Assembly (NCBI GenBank): GCA_964647545.1
Contig: CAZYHS010000002.1
Span: forward strand, 34,695-98,694
Reading direction: 5' to 3'
DNA from: an uncultured Pseudomonadota bacterium
GTDB lineage: Bacteria > UBA10199 > GCA-002796325 > 1-14-0-20-49-13
Length of the DNA stretch: 64,000 nt
Shown here: one piece after another, positions 17,510 to 26,790 of the stretch
How positions within the stretch are numbered: the stretch's first letter is position 1
Layout: each line of letters begins with the position of its first letter
Made by a program: the position numbers and the translations under genes
Notes under the pieces: model-generated
Database searches by the model: none
What the model saw: the letters and a program-made list of their open reading frames with translations, nothing else
Told to the model about the DNA's origin: nothing

Positions 17510-17610
17510 AGCAACTTTTTTGGCTCTACGCCGAAACTTCTCCCGAGTCCGGAGGAAGTATAAAAGGTTGCAAAAAATACAAAGCAACTTTTTTGTATTT
17601 TCGCCGAAAA
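17510..17610 (+). promoter_or_regulatory. Two ~28-bp direct repeats (agcaactttttt-g-N6-cgccgaaa) in the AT-rich leader of the low-GC gene. They may be an operator or duplicated promoter element.
   Basis: Repeat 1 is at 17510-17537 (agcaacttttttggctctacgccgaaa) and repeat 2 at 17583-17610 (agcaacttttttgtattttcgccgaaa). A short palindrome gttgc-N12-gcaac lies between them. The RBS aaggaggg is at 17639. Confidence 0.4.
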
Positions 17611-17650
17611 TATAAACGGAAGGTAATCTTATCTTTTTAAGGAGGGTTTT

Positions 17651-19219
17651 ATGGGTGAACCGAAAGTTAAAGAGTCAATTTTTACAAAATGGGTAGTTAT
17701 CGATTCTGCCGTTGAAAAGTGTAATGCTGAAGATACGCCTGAAGAAAAGGCAGAATGTTTTAAAGGCGCTTACTTCTTGCAGGTCAATGCTGCTAAGGAA
17801 GACTTTTCCCCTTACGCAGGTGCGGTGGGGGTAAAAGGTACTTTTGTTAGAGGTATCGGTGATCTTTGTTCTAATGTGTTCTTAAATGATGGCCCCGGAG
17901 TCAGCGATTTTTTCACAAATGAAAATGATTTTCGGGATCAGGTAGAAGCCATGCAGGCTTGCATGAATAGCATTAATGGTCTTGTCGACAGTTTTCAAAA
18001 AATTTCCCCGAACTGGAGAACAGACATTAGAGACGCAGCATCTGCTGAAAGAAAAAATACAGAGCCCCCAGCGGTTAATCTTCCCGCGTCCGCCGCTCAG
18101 ATATATATAGATAAGTACCGTGATCATTATGTTAGAGCGCTGATTAAGTGGGCGGTAGAAAACCAGCACAGGTTTACTGATGAGCAATTAAAAACGATTG
18201 CTCTTGCAATACATAATATTAAAGCTTCTAAAGAAGGGGCTGCTAGGCTGAAAGCAGAATATGAGGATATCGCCGATGTTGATAAAGAGGCTCGTCGTGC
18301 TGAAAAAGTAACAGTGAAAGGTGTGGTCGGTGTTGATAATAGATCGGGGTCGGCATTTAAAAGCGGAGTAAAAAAGATTTCCGCTGATGGCGACTCTATT
18401 TTAGATGTTAAAGTAGGTCTTGGTTTTAACTCACTTGATAAAAATAATCCAGCAGTTGCCGAGATGGTGAAGCCTGGTGGTAGTAGTATGTCAGGTTTTT
18501 CGTTTAATGGCGTTTCATTTGGGACCAGATTATTCTCTAAAGACTTCTTTACTCTAAAAACTGAAATGGCATTTGAGCTCAAAAGTGTTTCAATTATTCC
18601 AAAAGTGGAGTTTGCCGTTACAGAAAATGTGAAATTGGTTGCAGAAAATACTTTCAAAAATTCAAGCTATGAAAGCATGGCAATGAACTACACTCCGAAG
18701 GTTGGCGTTGAATTTGAAAGTAAGGAAGGTTGGTTGGCAGAAGCGGGCGGTCATGTTGGTGCAACGATTCCAAATGATGGTGGGAATTCTATTGCCTTTG
18801 ATGCCAATGCAAAAGTCCGTTGGTTTGATGGGTTCACAACGGGCTTGGAGTTTACCTATGGCGATCCGATTGGTCGAGCCGGCTATGCTATTGGGGCAGT
18901 AGCCGATGATTATAACACAAATGTTAAGCTTGTTAACGAATATGAATTTGAAAGTCCCCTCCTCGGACGTTTTAAGAATGTTGGTTTAACAGCTGAGTGG
19001 GCATATTTTGATAGATCAGTTGTGGCTGGTGGCGATGGCGGAGAGCTAGAGTATTCACTCAATATGTTTTCTACATATGCATCGGTTGCCCTTATTTTTA
19101 ATGACTTTTTAACTACAAAATTTAACGTGGGTTACATAGGTCTTTTCCCAAAGCTTGATTCGGCAGGAGATCCGATAAATGCTTTATATTTAGGTGCTGA
19201 GTTTGGGCTTGGGCTTTGA
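17651..19219 (+). CDS. Orphan 522-aa protein on a low-GC island: a helical N-terminal half, a beta-strand-rich C-terminal half with alternating hydrophobic residues (beta-barrel-like), and no N-terminal signal peptide
   Basis: It has a strong RBS. Base composition is visibly AT-richer than the flanks (low-40s % GC by eye versus mid/high-50s). The C-terminus is ...YLGAEFGLGL. I do not recognise the family. Confidence 0.7.
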   Translation: MGEPKVKESIFTKWVVIDSAVEKCNAEDTPEEKAECFKGAYFLQVNAAKEDFSPYAGAVGVKGTFVRGIGDLCSNVFLNDGPGVSDFFTNENDFRDQVEAMQACMNSINGLVDSFQKISPNWRTDIRDAASAERKNTEPPAVNLPASAAQIYIDKYRDHYVRALIKWAVENQHRFTDEQLKTIALAIHNIKASKEGAARLKAEYEDIADVDKEARRAEKVTVKGVVGVDNRSGSAFKSGVKKISADGDSILDVKVGLGFNSLDKNNPAVAEMVKPGGSSMSGFSFNGVSFGTRLFSKDFFTLKTEMAFELKSVSIIPKVEFAVTENVKLVAENTFKNSSYESMAMNYTPKVGVEFESKEGWLAEAGGHVGATIPNDGGNSIAFDANAKVRWFDGFTTGLEFTYGDPIGRAGYAIGAVADDYNTNVKLVNEYEFESPLLGRFKNVGLTAEWAYFDRSVVAGGDGGELEYSLNMFSTYASVALIFNDFLTTKFNVGYIGLFPKLDSAGDPINALYLGAEFGLGL

Positions 19220-19262
19220 TGGAGTGATGAGAGATTTTAATAATCAAAAGGGTTAAAGGGAT

Positions 19263-21893
19263 ATGAAAAATTATTCAAAAAATTTAGTGCTGGCCTTGGT
19301 TGCCGTAGCTTCAATGACGGCGATCGCAGCCTGTGGTGACGGTAACGCCGCCAAAGCGCCTGCTCCGCTTCCTTCCGAATCGTGCATTGCCACGATCTCG
19401 GCGGTCAAGGCGGGCGATAGCGAGGCGATGCCCGTAACGGGAGAACTCGCAATTGAAGACGGCGAGAGCGTAGTTCTTTCTTGGACTGTGTCTCCTGTCA
19501 CCGCGGCCACCCTTACAAGCGAACCAAGCGCGGTGGTCGGACAGGAAATCAAACTGGCCCTCACACCTCTTAACAAAGACGACAAGATCGACGAAGCGGC
19601 GGGAATCATACCCCCCAGCGAATCGGTCGGCGAAATGGAATTTAGAGCGCTAAAAAATGACGCCACTTTCACTGTTTCGGGCACCAACGCCGAAAAAGGC
19701 AAAGAGGCCACGACATGCAAAGCCAGCATAAGCGTTGTGATCATGCCGGCTCGGGCCGAAGTCAAAATCGACAAATTCGAAGCTTTGACCCCCGAGGTCG
19801 AAGTGAACCAGCCCGCGACCCTCTGCTGGCAGGTTAGCGGAAGCGACGTCGCAGTTTCGGTCAGCGATGAAGATGGCGAAGTTATAGAAAGCTCCTCGGA
19901 GGCCGAAGGTTCGGTCGAAGAGAGCGGCGCGGTCGAAGCGGCAAAGGCGATGCTCGGCGCGAAATCTCAGGAATCTCTTGAAACTTCGGCTCTTGAAACC
20001 GATGCCTGCACGGAAGTTAAACCCACAAAGACAACAACCTACACTTTGACGGCGGTGGCAAAAGACGGACGCATCGCCACCACGAGAGTCACGGTTCGAG
20101 TTAAAGCGCCGGAGATCAAAGCAGATATTTTCGCGAACAACATTCCGGAAAATCTTATTGTCACGCAGCCGGGCGAAGTCGAACTTAGCTGGAACGTTAC
20201 CCCTGCAGACGCCGTCGTAACCATAGACGGAATCGGCAAAGTGGCGTCTATCGGCAGCCAGAAAGTTACTGTAACCGATGATGTTACGACCTTCAGAATT
20301 ACGGCGACATACGACGATAAGGTCGTTACAAAAGATGTGCGCGTTGTGATTCAGCGCAACGCTGCTTCTCTTTACATGTTAAATCTTGCCAGCTCGGCCG
20401 CCGGCAGCGTGTTTGCCGGAGAGACGGTCAAGCTTTCTTGGAATCTTACTTCCGGCGAAGGGGCCGCTACGGCTCCCGAAGGGGCCAAGTTCTTCATCGA
20501 CGGGCCCGAAGGTCGCGTTGAAGTCAGCGGTAATTCCGCCGAATTCGCCCCGAAAGCGGCCGGAACCTACGTTGTTAGGATGCTTAGCTCCAACGGCGAA
20601 GTTGTCAGCAATCAGGTGAAAATCAATATCCGCAACTGGCAGATTCACGACCTCGGTTCGTCGCTGGGTTCTGTTGCGGCTGCCGATAAAAATACGGTTG
20701 TTGCGGCAAGTCTTGCAAATTCATACGACAGCGTCAAATTTGCAAAACTTTCAGGTAGAAAAACTCTCGAAAAGAGCACGCTTGACTATGGGAAATCTTA
20801 CAGTGGGCTCTTCTTTTCCAGCATGGATGTAAGCAAGTTGGCTGACTTTGGCGATATCACGGTGAACAATATCAGCGTTGATAAGGCAACCGGCCGTCTC
20901 TATGCTTCAATGACCGGCATGGTATTTTATTCAGACAACAAAGGTAGGTCGTGGACGCCGGTCGATTTTCTGCACGTTTTGTCGACAATGGTAAAAAACG
21001 ACAAAGACTTCCTTGAATACAAAGGTTGCAAAGGCGCGGCCCGCAAAGGTGCGTCGAACAAAAAACATGTTGTGATTGCTCTTCATGACGTTTGCGACGC
21101 CGAAGCGATCGGTGAAAGACTCCTTGTCGCAACGAACTGGGGCGTTTACTACAAAGATAATATCAATGCTTTTATGAAAGACGCCAAGTCGAGAGACAAA
21201 GACAAATGCTGGGTCGGCAACCCTTACGTTGCAAAATGTAAGAAGGTCGAAACGGCGTTGACCGGCACAACCGTCAACGTACTTGAATCGTTCGGCGGCG
21301 CGGTTTTCGCGGGCACGGAAAAGGGCGTTTTCGTCACAAGAGATAACGGCGAAACATGGAACGAATCAAACGGCGGCGACATGGACAGCTCGACGGTCGT
21401 CTATGCCCTTACGATCGATGCGGCCGGTAAAGCAATTTACGCTGCAGGCCCGAACGGAGTTTTTGTGGCCGAACTTGGCGGCGTGACATGGAAAAAGCTC
21501 GGTGACGCAGCAGGCGCGACAGTTGCTTACAGCGTAACGGTCGATCCGACAGTTGCTTCAACTCTCTACGTCGGCACCGACGCGGGCGCGTTCATTTCGC
21601 GCGACGCGGGTGCTACATGGGCGCCGATTTCATCTTCGATGAACTCGGTCGGCCCTGTTTATGGAGTTACGGCGGTCGAGTCAGGCGCAGGTACCGCGGT
21701 TTACGCCGCGACTGCAGACGGTCTCTATAGCTCATTTTCGACAACGATCGTTAACGAGCTTGTCGGCGGAGTGTCGCCGGCGCAGCCTGAAATTCCTGAG
21801 ACCACTCCCGAAACTCCCGTTATCGAGGAGCCGGTGACGACCCCGACCGACCCCGACACGGTAGCGGCAGATGCGATGAAATCGATGTTCTAA
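19263..21893 (+). CDS. Large lipoprotein with N-terminal Ig-like (Big-type) beta-sandwich repeats and a C-terminal BNR/Asp-box (S-x-D-x-G-x-T-W) beta-propeller-like region
   Basis: The lipobox is IAAC (LVLALVAVASMTAIAAC). It has repeated modules of about 90 aa. The Asp-boxes are SDNKGRSWTPV, TRDNGETWNES and SRDAGATWAPI. Confidence 0.8.
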   Translation: MKNYSKNLVLALVAVASMTAIAACGDGNAAKAPAPLPSESCIATISAVKAGDSEAMPVTGELAIEDGESVVLSWTVSPVTAATLTSEPSAVVGQEIKLALTPLNKDDKIDEAAGIIPPSESVGEMEFRALKNDATFTVSGTNAEKGKEATTCKASISVVIMPARAEVKIDKFEALTPEVEVNQPATLCWQVSGSDVAVSVSDEDGEVIESSSEAEGSVEESGAVEAAKAMLGAKSQESLETSALETDACTEVKPTKTTTYTLTAVAKDGRIATTRVTVRVKAPEIKADIFANNIPENLIVTQPGEVELSWNVTPADAVVTIDGIGKVASIGSQKVTVTDDVTTFRITATYDDKVVTKDVRVVIQRNAASLYMLNLASSAAGSVFAGETVKLSWNLTSGEGAATAPEGAKFFIDGPEGRVEVSGNSAEFAPKAAGTYVVRMLSSNGEVVSNQVKINIRNWQIHDLGSSLGSVAAADKNTVVAASLANSYDSVKFAKLSGRKTLEKSTLDYGKSYSGLFFSSMDVSKLADFGDITVNNISVDKATGRLYASMTGMVFYSDNKGRSWTPVDFLHVLSTMVKNDKDFLEYKGCKGAARKGASNKKHVVIALHDVCDAEAIGERLLVATNWGVYYKDNINAFMKDAKSRDKDKCWVGNPYVAKCKKVETALTGTTVNVLESFGGAVFAGTEKGVFVTRDNGETWNESNGGDMDSSTVVYALTIDAAGKAIYAAGPNGVFVAELGGVTWKKLGDAAGATVAYSVTVDPTVASTLYVGTDAGAFISRDAGATWAPISSSMNSVGPVYGVTAVESGAGTAVYAATADGLYSSFSTTIVNELVGGVSPAQPEIPETTPETPVIEEPVTTPTDPDTVAADAMKSMF

Positions 21894-21921
21894 AATTTAA
21901 GTCGTTTTAAAAAAATGATCA

Positions 21922-21956
21922 GGCCCTGCGAGAGAGATTTCGCAGGGCCTTTTTTA
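21922..21956 (+). terminator. Rho-independent terminator after the Ig/BNR lipoprotein gene
   Basis: The stem is ggccctgcg / cgcagggcc with a 10-nt loop, followed by TTTTTTT. Confidence 0.65.
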
Positions 21957-21995
21957 TTTGGTGCAAAATCGTCCCTCTTTGTTTATAAAGCCCAA

Positions 21996-22388
21996 ATGAA
22001 ATTCACCACATTTTTTGCAGTTTGTTTTGTTTCGCTGGCCTTGAGCCTCGCGTGCTTTGCCGGTGCCTCCTCAAAAAGTTCAAAGGGCCGGTCGGCCCAA
22101 GCGATCTCCGAGCAAGCCGAACCGTTTTTCGGCTGGCAAAAGCTCGATATCAACGCACGTCAAACGTGGGAAGATTACCGGCAGCTAAAAATGGAGCTGA
22201 TGATAAAATGCACCAAGCCTGTCGGTAAGGCCGAAAAGAAAATCATAAGCGAAGCCGGATTTATCCCGACAGTTTGTGCCGGCGATATTTGCACCGGAAA
22301 GATCGCTATTAACGACTTGCCGAAGCTTGCGACCGTCGATTTTTTACAGGCGGTTGAAGGGGCAAAGGCCCTTCATTACAAAAAATAG
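21996..22388 (+). CDS. Small secreted protein (signal peptide, ~105-aa mature) immediately upstream of the S8 protease. It may be an inhibitor or chaperone.
   Basis: The real start is MKFTTFFAVCFVSLALSLACFAGA with an AxA cleavage site. The ORF-track start at 21915 would run through the upstream terminator. Confidence 0.6.
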   Translation: MKFTTFFAVCFVSLALSLACFAGASSKSSKGRSAQAISEQAEPFFGWQKLDINARQTWEDYRQLKMELMIKCTKPVGKAEKKIISEAGFIPTVCAGDICTGKIAINDLPKLATVDFLQAVEGAKALHYKK

Positions 22389-22406
22389 ATCGAGGACGGG
22401 GGAGAG

Positions 22407-24695
22407 ATGAAAAACACAAAAAAAGTTTTGCTGGCCGTTGCTGCGTTTACGCTTTGCGCGTTATCTTTTAGTTCGCACGCTTCAAATAAGATCGACCCGC
22501 TGCTCGAAATTATGGCGGCACGGGGCCCCAAACAGGCGGCTACTTCAATGAAGGCCTTTGGAGTGGCTTCGTCGTCAGACGGTGTCGTAGAGGTGGAGGC
22601 CCTCGTGAAATCGGGCCCCGACGTCGGCGCTGCGGTCGAAGCGATCGAATCGGCAGGCGGCAAGGTCGGGTTGATCCTCGGCGATATCCTTACGGTTTCG
22701 ATGCCGCTCGATGCGGTTGCTGTCTTGGAGAACGAGCCCGACATTATTTACGTCGAGGCGGCCAAGCCTCTTTCGGCAAAGATGAACTTTGCCCGCACGG
22801 TTACCTTCGTTGACCTTGTTCAGAGCGGAAGCGGCACCGGAGGAACGCCCTACAACGGTAGCGGAGTTTTTGTCGGCGTCGTCGATAGCGGGATCGACTG
22901 CCAGCACGCCGATTTTTTCAGCGGAACGACCCCGCGTATCTACGCCTATTGGGACCAGACGGCTTCCGGCGACGGCGTCGCCGAGATCGCCGGAACTACC
23001 GGAGTTGAATATACCGGCGCCGATCTTGACATTGACGGCGCGTGTAAAAATTCTCCGGACGATCCGGCCTCCAATTCGGGGGGCGGACACGGCACTCACG
23101 TTGCCGGTATCGCGGCCGGTTCAAATTCGACCTACACAGGAGTTGCTCCGCAATCGAATCTTGTCGTCGTAAAACTGGACGAGTCGGGAGCTAGCGGCGG
23201 AACCAGCGGGCCTCTTGCAACGAGAATTCTCGAAGGTGTTCAATATATTTTCAAAAAAGCGCAGTCTTTAAAGAAACCGGCGGTCGTCAATCTTTCGATC
23301 GGCACATCGCTCGGCGCGCACGACGGCACCTCGCTTTTGGAAAAAGGTCTCGACAATCTTTTAATGGAGGACACCACCACCGAAAAACAGGGGCGTGCGA
23401 TCGTCAATGCAGTCGGCAACGAAAACGCCTATTACAACCGTCTTGCGACCGGCAACAACAACATAGGCGGTATTCACGCAGCCATTTCGCAGTCGGGCGG
23501 CTCGTCATGGGCTTATGAGATTCATTCGACAAACGCAACTGCGGGCCTTGTCGGAGGGACTTACGTTGACATCTGGCTTAATGCAGACAGCTCATGTTCG
23601 ATAGGCGTAAACGCACTCTACAAAGACGCGCATTCTCTTGCGGTCAGAATGATTCCGGTTCGCGCCGGCTACTCAAACAAGAACTCGCCCACCAAGATCG
23701 GCAACGTTTCGATGTACGTCGATTTCAGCGAGAACGTCAGCGCACTAAACGGCATGCAGCACGCCGTTGCGCTGATTGGAACGACCAGCCCCCTTGACCC
23801 TCAAATAGAAAACTATTCGCACGATCTCGTCTTTACGGGCAATTGTACCGGCAATGCGTGGATCTATTACGATAGCGTTGCTTACAATTATTTTTACAAC
23901 GGACACGCAGGTCAGATCTTCAACGACGGCGGGGTCACTTATCGTTATGTCGCCGGAGATTCAAATAACACCGCGACAATTCCGTCGACCGCAACGAAGG
24001 TAATTGCGGTCGGTTCATTCATGGCAAGAAATACTTACGTCGATATTAATGATCAGGTACGCAGCCAGCAAAGTGTAAGCTACGGCAGCGCCACCAACAT
24101 TTCTACCTTTTCAAGCCTTGGCCCGACCAGCGAACCGATTTCAAGCAACCGGCGCTATAAGCCGGACATCGGCGCTCCCGGGGAACCCATTATTTCAACT
24201 TTAACGACACAAAATACGGTGAGCGCTTCGTTAAAGGGCGACGCAACTCATTGGAAGATGCAGGGCTCGTCGATGGCATCTCCGCACGTGGCCGGCGTCG
24301 TCGCGCTCATGCTCAATAAGAACGGATGTCTCAAACCTTCCGTTGTCAAAAGTACCTTGCTTGGCACTGCCGATCAGGACTCTTACACCGGAGCTGTTCC
24401 CAATAATTATTGGGGATACGGCAAGGTCAACGCACAGAGCGCCGTGAATTCTACCAAAGCTAGAATATGTTCGCCCGACAACCCAGCCGAAGACGGTTGT
24501 GTTTACGATTCCGATTGCCCAAGCGGCTATTCGTGCGTCAATAACGTCTGCCAGAAAAATACAACGAAAACATGTTCACTTATTTTAAGCGGAACCCCGC
24601 AAAAGAGATCGTGGACAGATGTTTTGTCGCTGCTGTTTGGAATTGCCGTTGTGGGCGCTCTTAGAGCGAGAAAGTATTTTGACTCTATCAGATGA
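22407..24695 (+). CDS. Subtilisin-like serine protease (peptidase S8) with a signal peptide, a Cys-rich C-terminal module and a C-terminal hydrophobic helix plus basic tail
   Basis: The catalytic triad is in canonical order: D in VGVVDSGIDCQHADF, H in GGGHGTHVAGIAAG and S in GSSMASPHVAGVVALM. The C-terminus reads ...KTCSLILSGTPQKRSWTDVLSLLFGIAVVGALRARKYFDSIR. Confidence 0.9.
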   Translation: MKNTKKVLLAVAAFTLCALSFSSHASNKIDPLLEIMAARGPKQAATSMKAFGVASSSDGVVEVEALVKSGPDVGAAVEAIESAGGKVGLILGDILTVSMPLDAVAVLENEPDIIYVEAAKPLSAKMNFARTVTFVDLVQSGSGTGGTPYNGSGVFVGVVDSGIDCQHADFFSGTTPRIYAYWDQTASGDGVAEIAGTTGVEYTGADLDIDGACKNSPDDPASNSGGGHGTHVAGIAAGSNSTYTGVAPQSNLVVVKLDESGASGGTSGPLATRILEGVQYIFKKAQSLKKPAVVNLSIGTSLGAHDGTSLLEKGLDNLLMEDTTTEKQGRAIVNAVGNENAYYNRLATGNNNIGGIHAAISQSGGSSWAYEIHSTNATAGLVGGTYVDIWLNADSSCSIGVNALYKDAHSLAVRMIPVRAGYSNKNSPTKIGNVSMYVDFSENVSALNGMQHAVALIGTTSPLDPQIENYSHDLVFTGNCTGNAWIYYDSVAYNYFYNGHAGQIFNDGGVTYRYVAGDSNNTATIPSTATKVIAVGSFMARNTYVDINDQVRSQQSVSYGSATNISTFSSLGPTSEPISSNRRYKPDIGAPGEPIISTLTTQNTVSASLKGDATHWKMQGSSMASPHVAGVVALMLNKNGCLKPSVVKSTLLGTADQDSYTGAVPNNYWGYGKVNAQSAVNSTKARICSPDNPAEDGCVYDSDCPSGYSCVNNVCQKNTTKTCSLILSGTPQKRSWTDVLSLLFGIAVVGALRARKYFDSIR

Positions 24696-26428
24696 AGAAG
24701 ATAAAATTTCTAGTTATTTTGGGCTTTTTTGTTTTATCGCTTCCGGCTTTCGCAAAGGAGCCGAAGTTCATCGAAGAGTTTAGCGCCCTTTCGGAGCGAT
24801 GGGGGAGCCTTTCTGCAAACCAGCGCATGTTTTTAATGGGCTATGCATCGTACAGAGAAGGGCGTTTAAACGAAGCCAAACGTAAGTTTACCGCGATCGA
24901 CGGAAAGTATCCGCTGCTGCAGGGATACATTTCAGAGTTTTTGGCAAAGATCAAAAACGGAGGCGAAAGATATTCGTTCGTTGATAAGCAGGCCGACGCC
25001 GATAAGAATGCCGCAGCCCTCACTAAAATTTTCGAAAAGTCGCGCAGCCCCGATGACGCATACTCCGCAGCGCGCGCGCAGTTTGTCGCACGCGATTACC
25101 AAAAAGCCGCCGAACTTTTTTTGCTGGCCGAAAAGTCTCAGAAACAGCGGCTGTCGGCTCTTGAATATCTTGCCACCTGCTATGCAAGGCTCGAAAAATA
25201 TGACGAGGCCATAAAAATCCACGAACAGATCATCGACGAATTTCCGTCAAATAAAAAGGCGCATGCGAAGGCGTTGTTTAAGATCGGTTTTCTGCACCTC
25301 GACGGCGGAAATTACGAATCTGCGCGCGACGATTTTTCTATGCTGGAAAAATATTCCCATGACTACCAGCGCGAGCAGGTCAGGTGGTATCTTGCGTGGA
25401 TATCCTTAAAGTTGGGCGAGTTCGACCGTGCGGCTCGGCTGTTTTCGGACATTGAAAGACGCGGCGGCAAAGATTGGCCGGCTCGCGCCCGTTTCTGGCG
25501 TGCCGAATCGCTTGAACGTTCGGGCAAGCTAGAGGCGGCGAACGCAATTTACGAGTCAATCATGTCGAAGTCGCCGCTGACCTATTATGGGATTTTGTCC
25601 GCCTCGAAGCTGGGGCAAAAGATTTCCAAACTCCCCGACTTTACCGAAGAGGACGAGGCCGAAGCCGTGTCGGAGGCCGAAGCGAAAAATTCGCCGGAGA
25701 GTTCTAACGGAGAAGCTTCGGGCGAGATTGCTCCCGACGGTCTTGGCGAACGCGCTAAAATAATTCTTGAGCTCGACAGGCTTGATGTGAGCGAGCTCGT
25801 CAGTCTAGAGATCGACTCCTTGATGGCGAAGCCGCCAAAAGATGCCGACTGGAATTCAATTCTTGCGCTTGCGAAAAAGCACGACGCTTGGAATGCGGTC
25901 CGCAAAATGGCCAAGGGTAAGATACGCAGTCATTTAAAGGACGGAAAAAACCTCGCGTGGGAAGTGGCCTACCCGAATGCATGGAAAAAACTTGTCGAGG
26001 CAAACGGCGTTCGTTTTGGCGTCGATCCGAAATTTATCTGGTCGATCATGCGCGAAGAATCGACGTTCAGACCAAAAGTTGTGTCGCCGGCCGGCGCGGT
26101 AGGTCTCATGCAGTTAATGCCGAAGACCGCGGCGAAGATGGCGCAATTAGGCGGTAGGAGTTCGTTTGCCGCCGAACGTCTTTTTCATCCGGCGTTTAAT
26201 ATCGAAATGGGGACGCGCTATCTTGCATTTCTCACCAAGCGCTACAATGGCAATAAGTTCCTAGCTGCGGCCGCTTACAACGCCGGCGAACAGGCGGTTG
26301 ACAGGTGGATAAGCGACCAGAAAAATTTCAGCGAAGACTTTGTCGAAGAAATTCCCTACAAAGAGACACGCAATTACGTCAAAAAAGTTCTCAAGAGCTA
26401 CTGGATCTACAGCACGATTTATAAATAA
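24692..26428 (+). CDS. Soluble lytic murein transglycosylase (TPR/superhelical N-domain plus SLT catalytic domain)
   Basis: It has a signal peptide and TPR-like repeats. The SLT motifs are ESTFRPKVVSPAGAVGLMQLMPKTA (catalytic Glu) and AAYNAGEQAV. It overlaps the S8 stop by 4 nt. Confidence 0.85.
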   Translation: MKKIKFLVILGFFVLSLPAFAKEPKFIEEFSALSERWGSLSANQRMFLMGYASYREGRLNEAKRKFTAIDGKYPLLQGYISEFLAKIKNGGERYSFVDKQADADKNAAALTKIFEKSRSPDDAYSAARAQFVARDYQKAAELFLLAEKSQKQRLSALEYLATCYARLEKYDEAIKIHEQIIDEFPSNKKAHAKALFKIGFLHLDGGNYESARDDFSMLEKYSHDYQREQVRWYLAWISLKLGEFDRAARLFSDIERRGGKDWPARARFWRAESLERSGKLEAANAIYESIMSKSPLTYYGILSASKLGQKISKLPDFTEEDEAEAVSEAEAKNSPESSNGEASGEIAPDGLGERAKIILELDRLDVSELVSLEIDSLMAKPPKDADWNSILALAKKHDAWNAVRKMAKGKIRSHLKDGKNLAWEVAYPNAWKKLVEANGVRFGVDPKFIWSIMREESTFRPKVVSPAGAVGLMQLMPKTAAKMAQLGGRSSFAAERLFHPAFNIEMGTRYLAFLTKRYNGNKFLAAAAYNAGEQAVDRWISDQKNFSEDFVEEIPYKETRNYVKKVLKSYWIYSTIYK

Positions 26429-26491
26429 AAACGGTTAGGTCGGTTTAGTCGGTTAATCCTGTTAGTTCCGTTAACTGACTAAACCGTTTTT
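26426..26491. repeat. Hairpin/terminator-like element made of the CGGTTAG / CCGTTAA repeat units (copy 2 of the dispersed family). It may be a bidirectional terminator.
   Basis: It reads aaaaacggttaggtcggtttagtcggttaa-[tcctgttagttccg]-ttaactgactaaaccgttttt. It has tandem 9-mers cggttaggt / cggtttagt / cggttaatc, a long imperfect stem and flanking A- and T-runs. Confidence 0.6.
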
Positions 26492-26605
26492 TAAGTCACC
26501 CCCGAGGTCTTAATCGCCTGTTCGCCGCGTAGTATTGGCGGAGGGATCTCGCTTACATCTCTTGCGTCTTTGCGAGGAGCGCAAGGCGCGACGAAGCAAT
26601 CCCCC

Positions 26606-26646
26606 GTACGTAGCGGATACGTAGCGGTAACGTACGTAGCGGTAAC
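26606..26646. repeat. Three tandem copies of a ~13-bp unit (gta)cgtagcggtaac
   Basis: The copies are gtacgtagcggat / acgtagcggtaac / gtacgtagcggtaac. They lie inside the 459-bp intergenic region. Confidence 0.6.
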
Positions 26647-26733
26647 GGAGCAGCGCTGATAATTAATTAGTAAAATTAGCTGGTTAGACGAGGGTACATC
26701 TAAATTATTCGGCCCGTAGCGATCAGTAATTTT

Positions 26734-26761
26734 TTGCAATTGTGTTACGTGCAATTATAAC
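26734..26761 (+). promoter_or_regulatory. Sigma70-like promoter candidate (-35 TTGCAA, 16-nt spacer, -10 TATAAC) pointing into repeat copy 3. It could drive a small RNA.
   Basis: ttgcaa is at 26734-26739 and tataac at 26756-26761. No protein-coding gene lies downstream on this strand for 1.4 kb. A T-run is at 26883-26887. Confidence 0.3.
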
Positions 26762-26790
26762 TGAGTGAAAATAAAGGGTATTGTTCCGCG

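Noticed and set aside
21915-21995. Upstream extension of the small secreted protein ORF
   Set aside because: The extension would read through the rho-independent terminator of the preceding gene. The internal Met at 21996 begins a clean signal peptide.
26491-26754. 87-aa ORF in the large intergenic spacer
   Set aside because: It has no RBS, and it spans tandem repeats and a promoter-like element. Its composition is atypical, so it is more likely non-coding or a small-RNA region.
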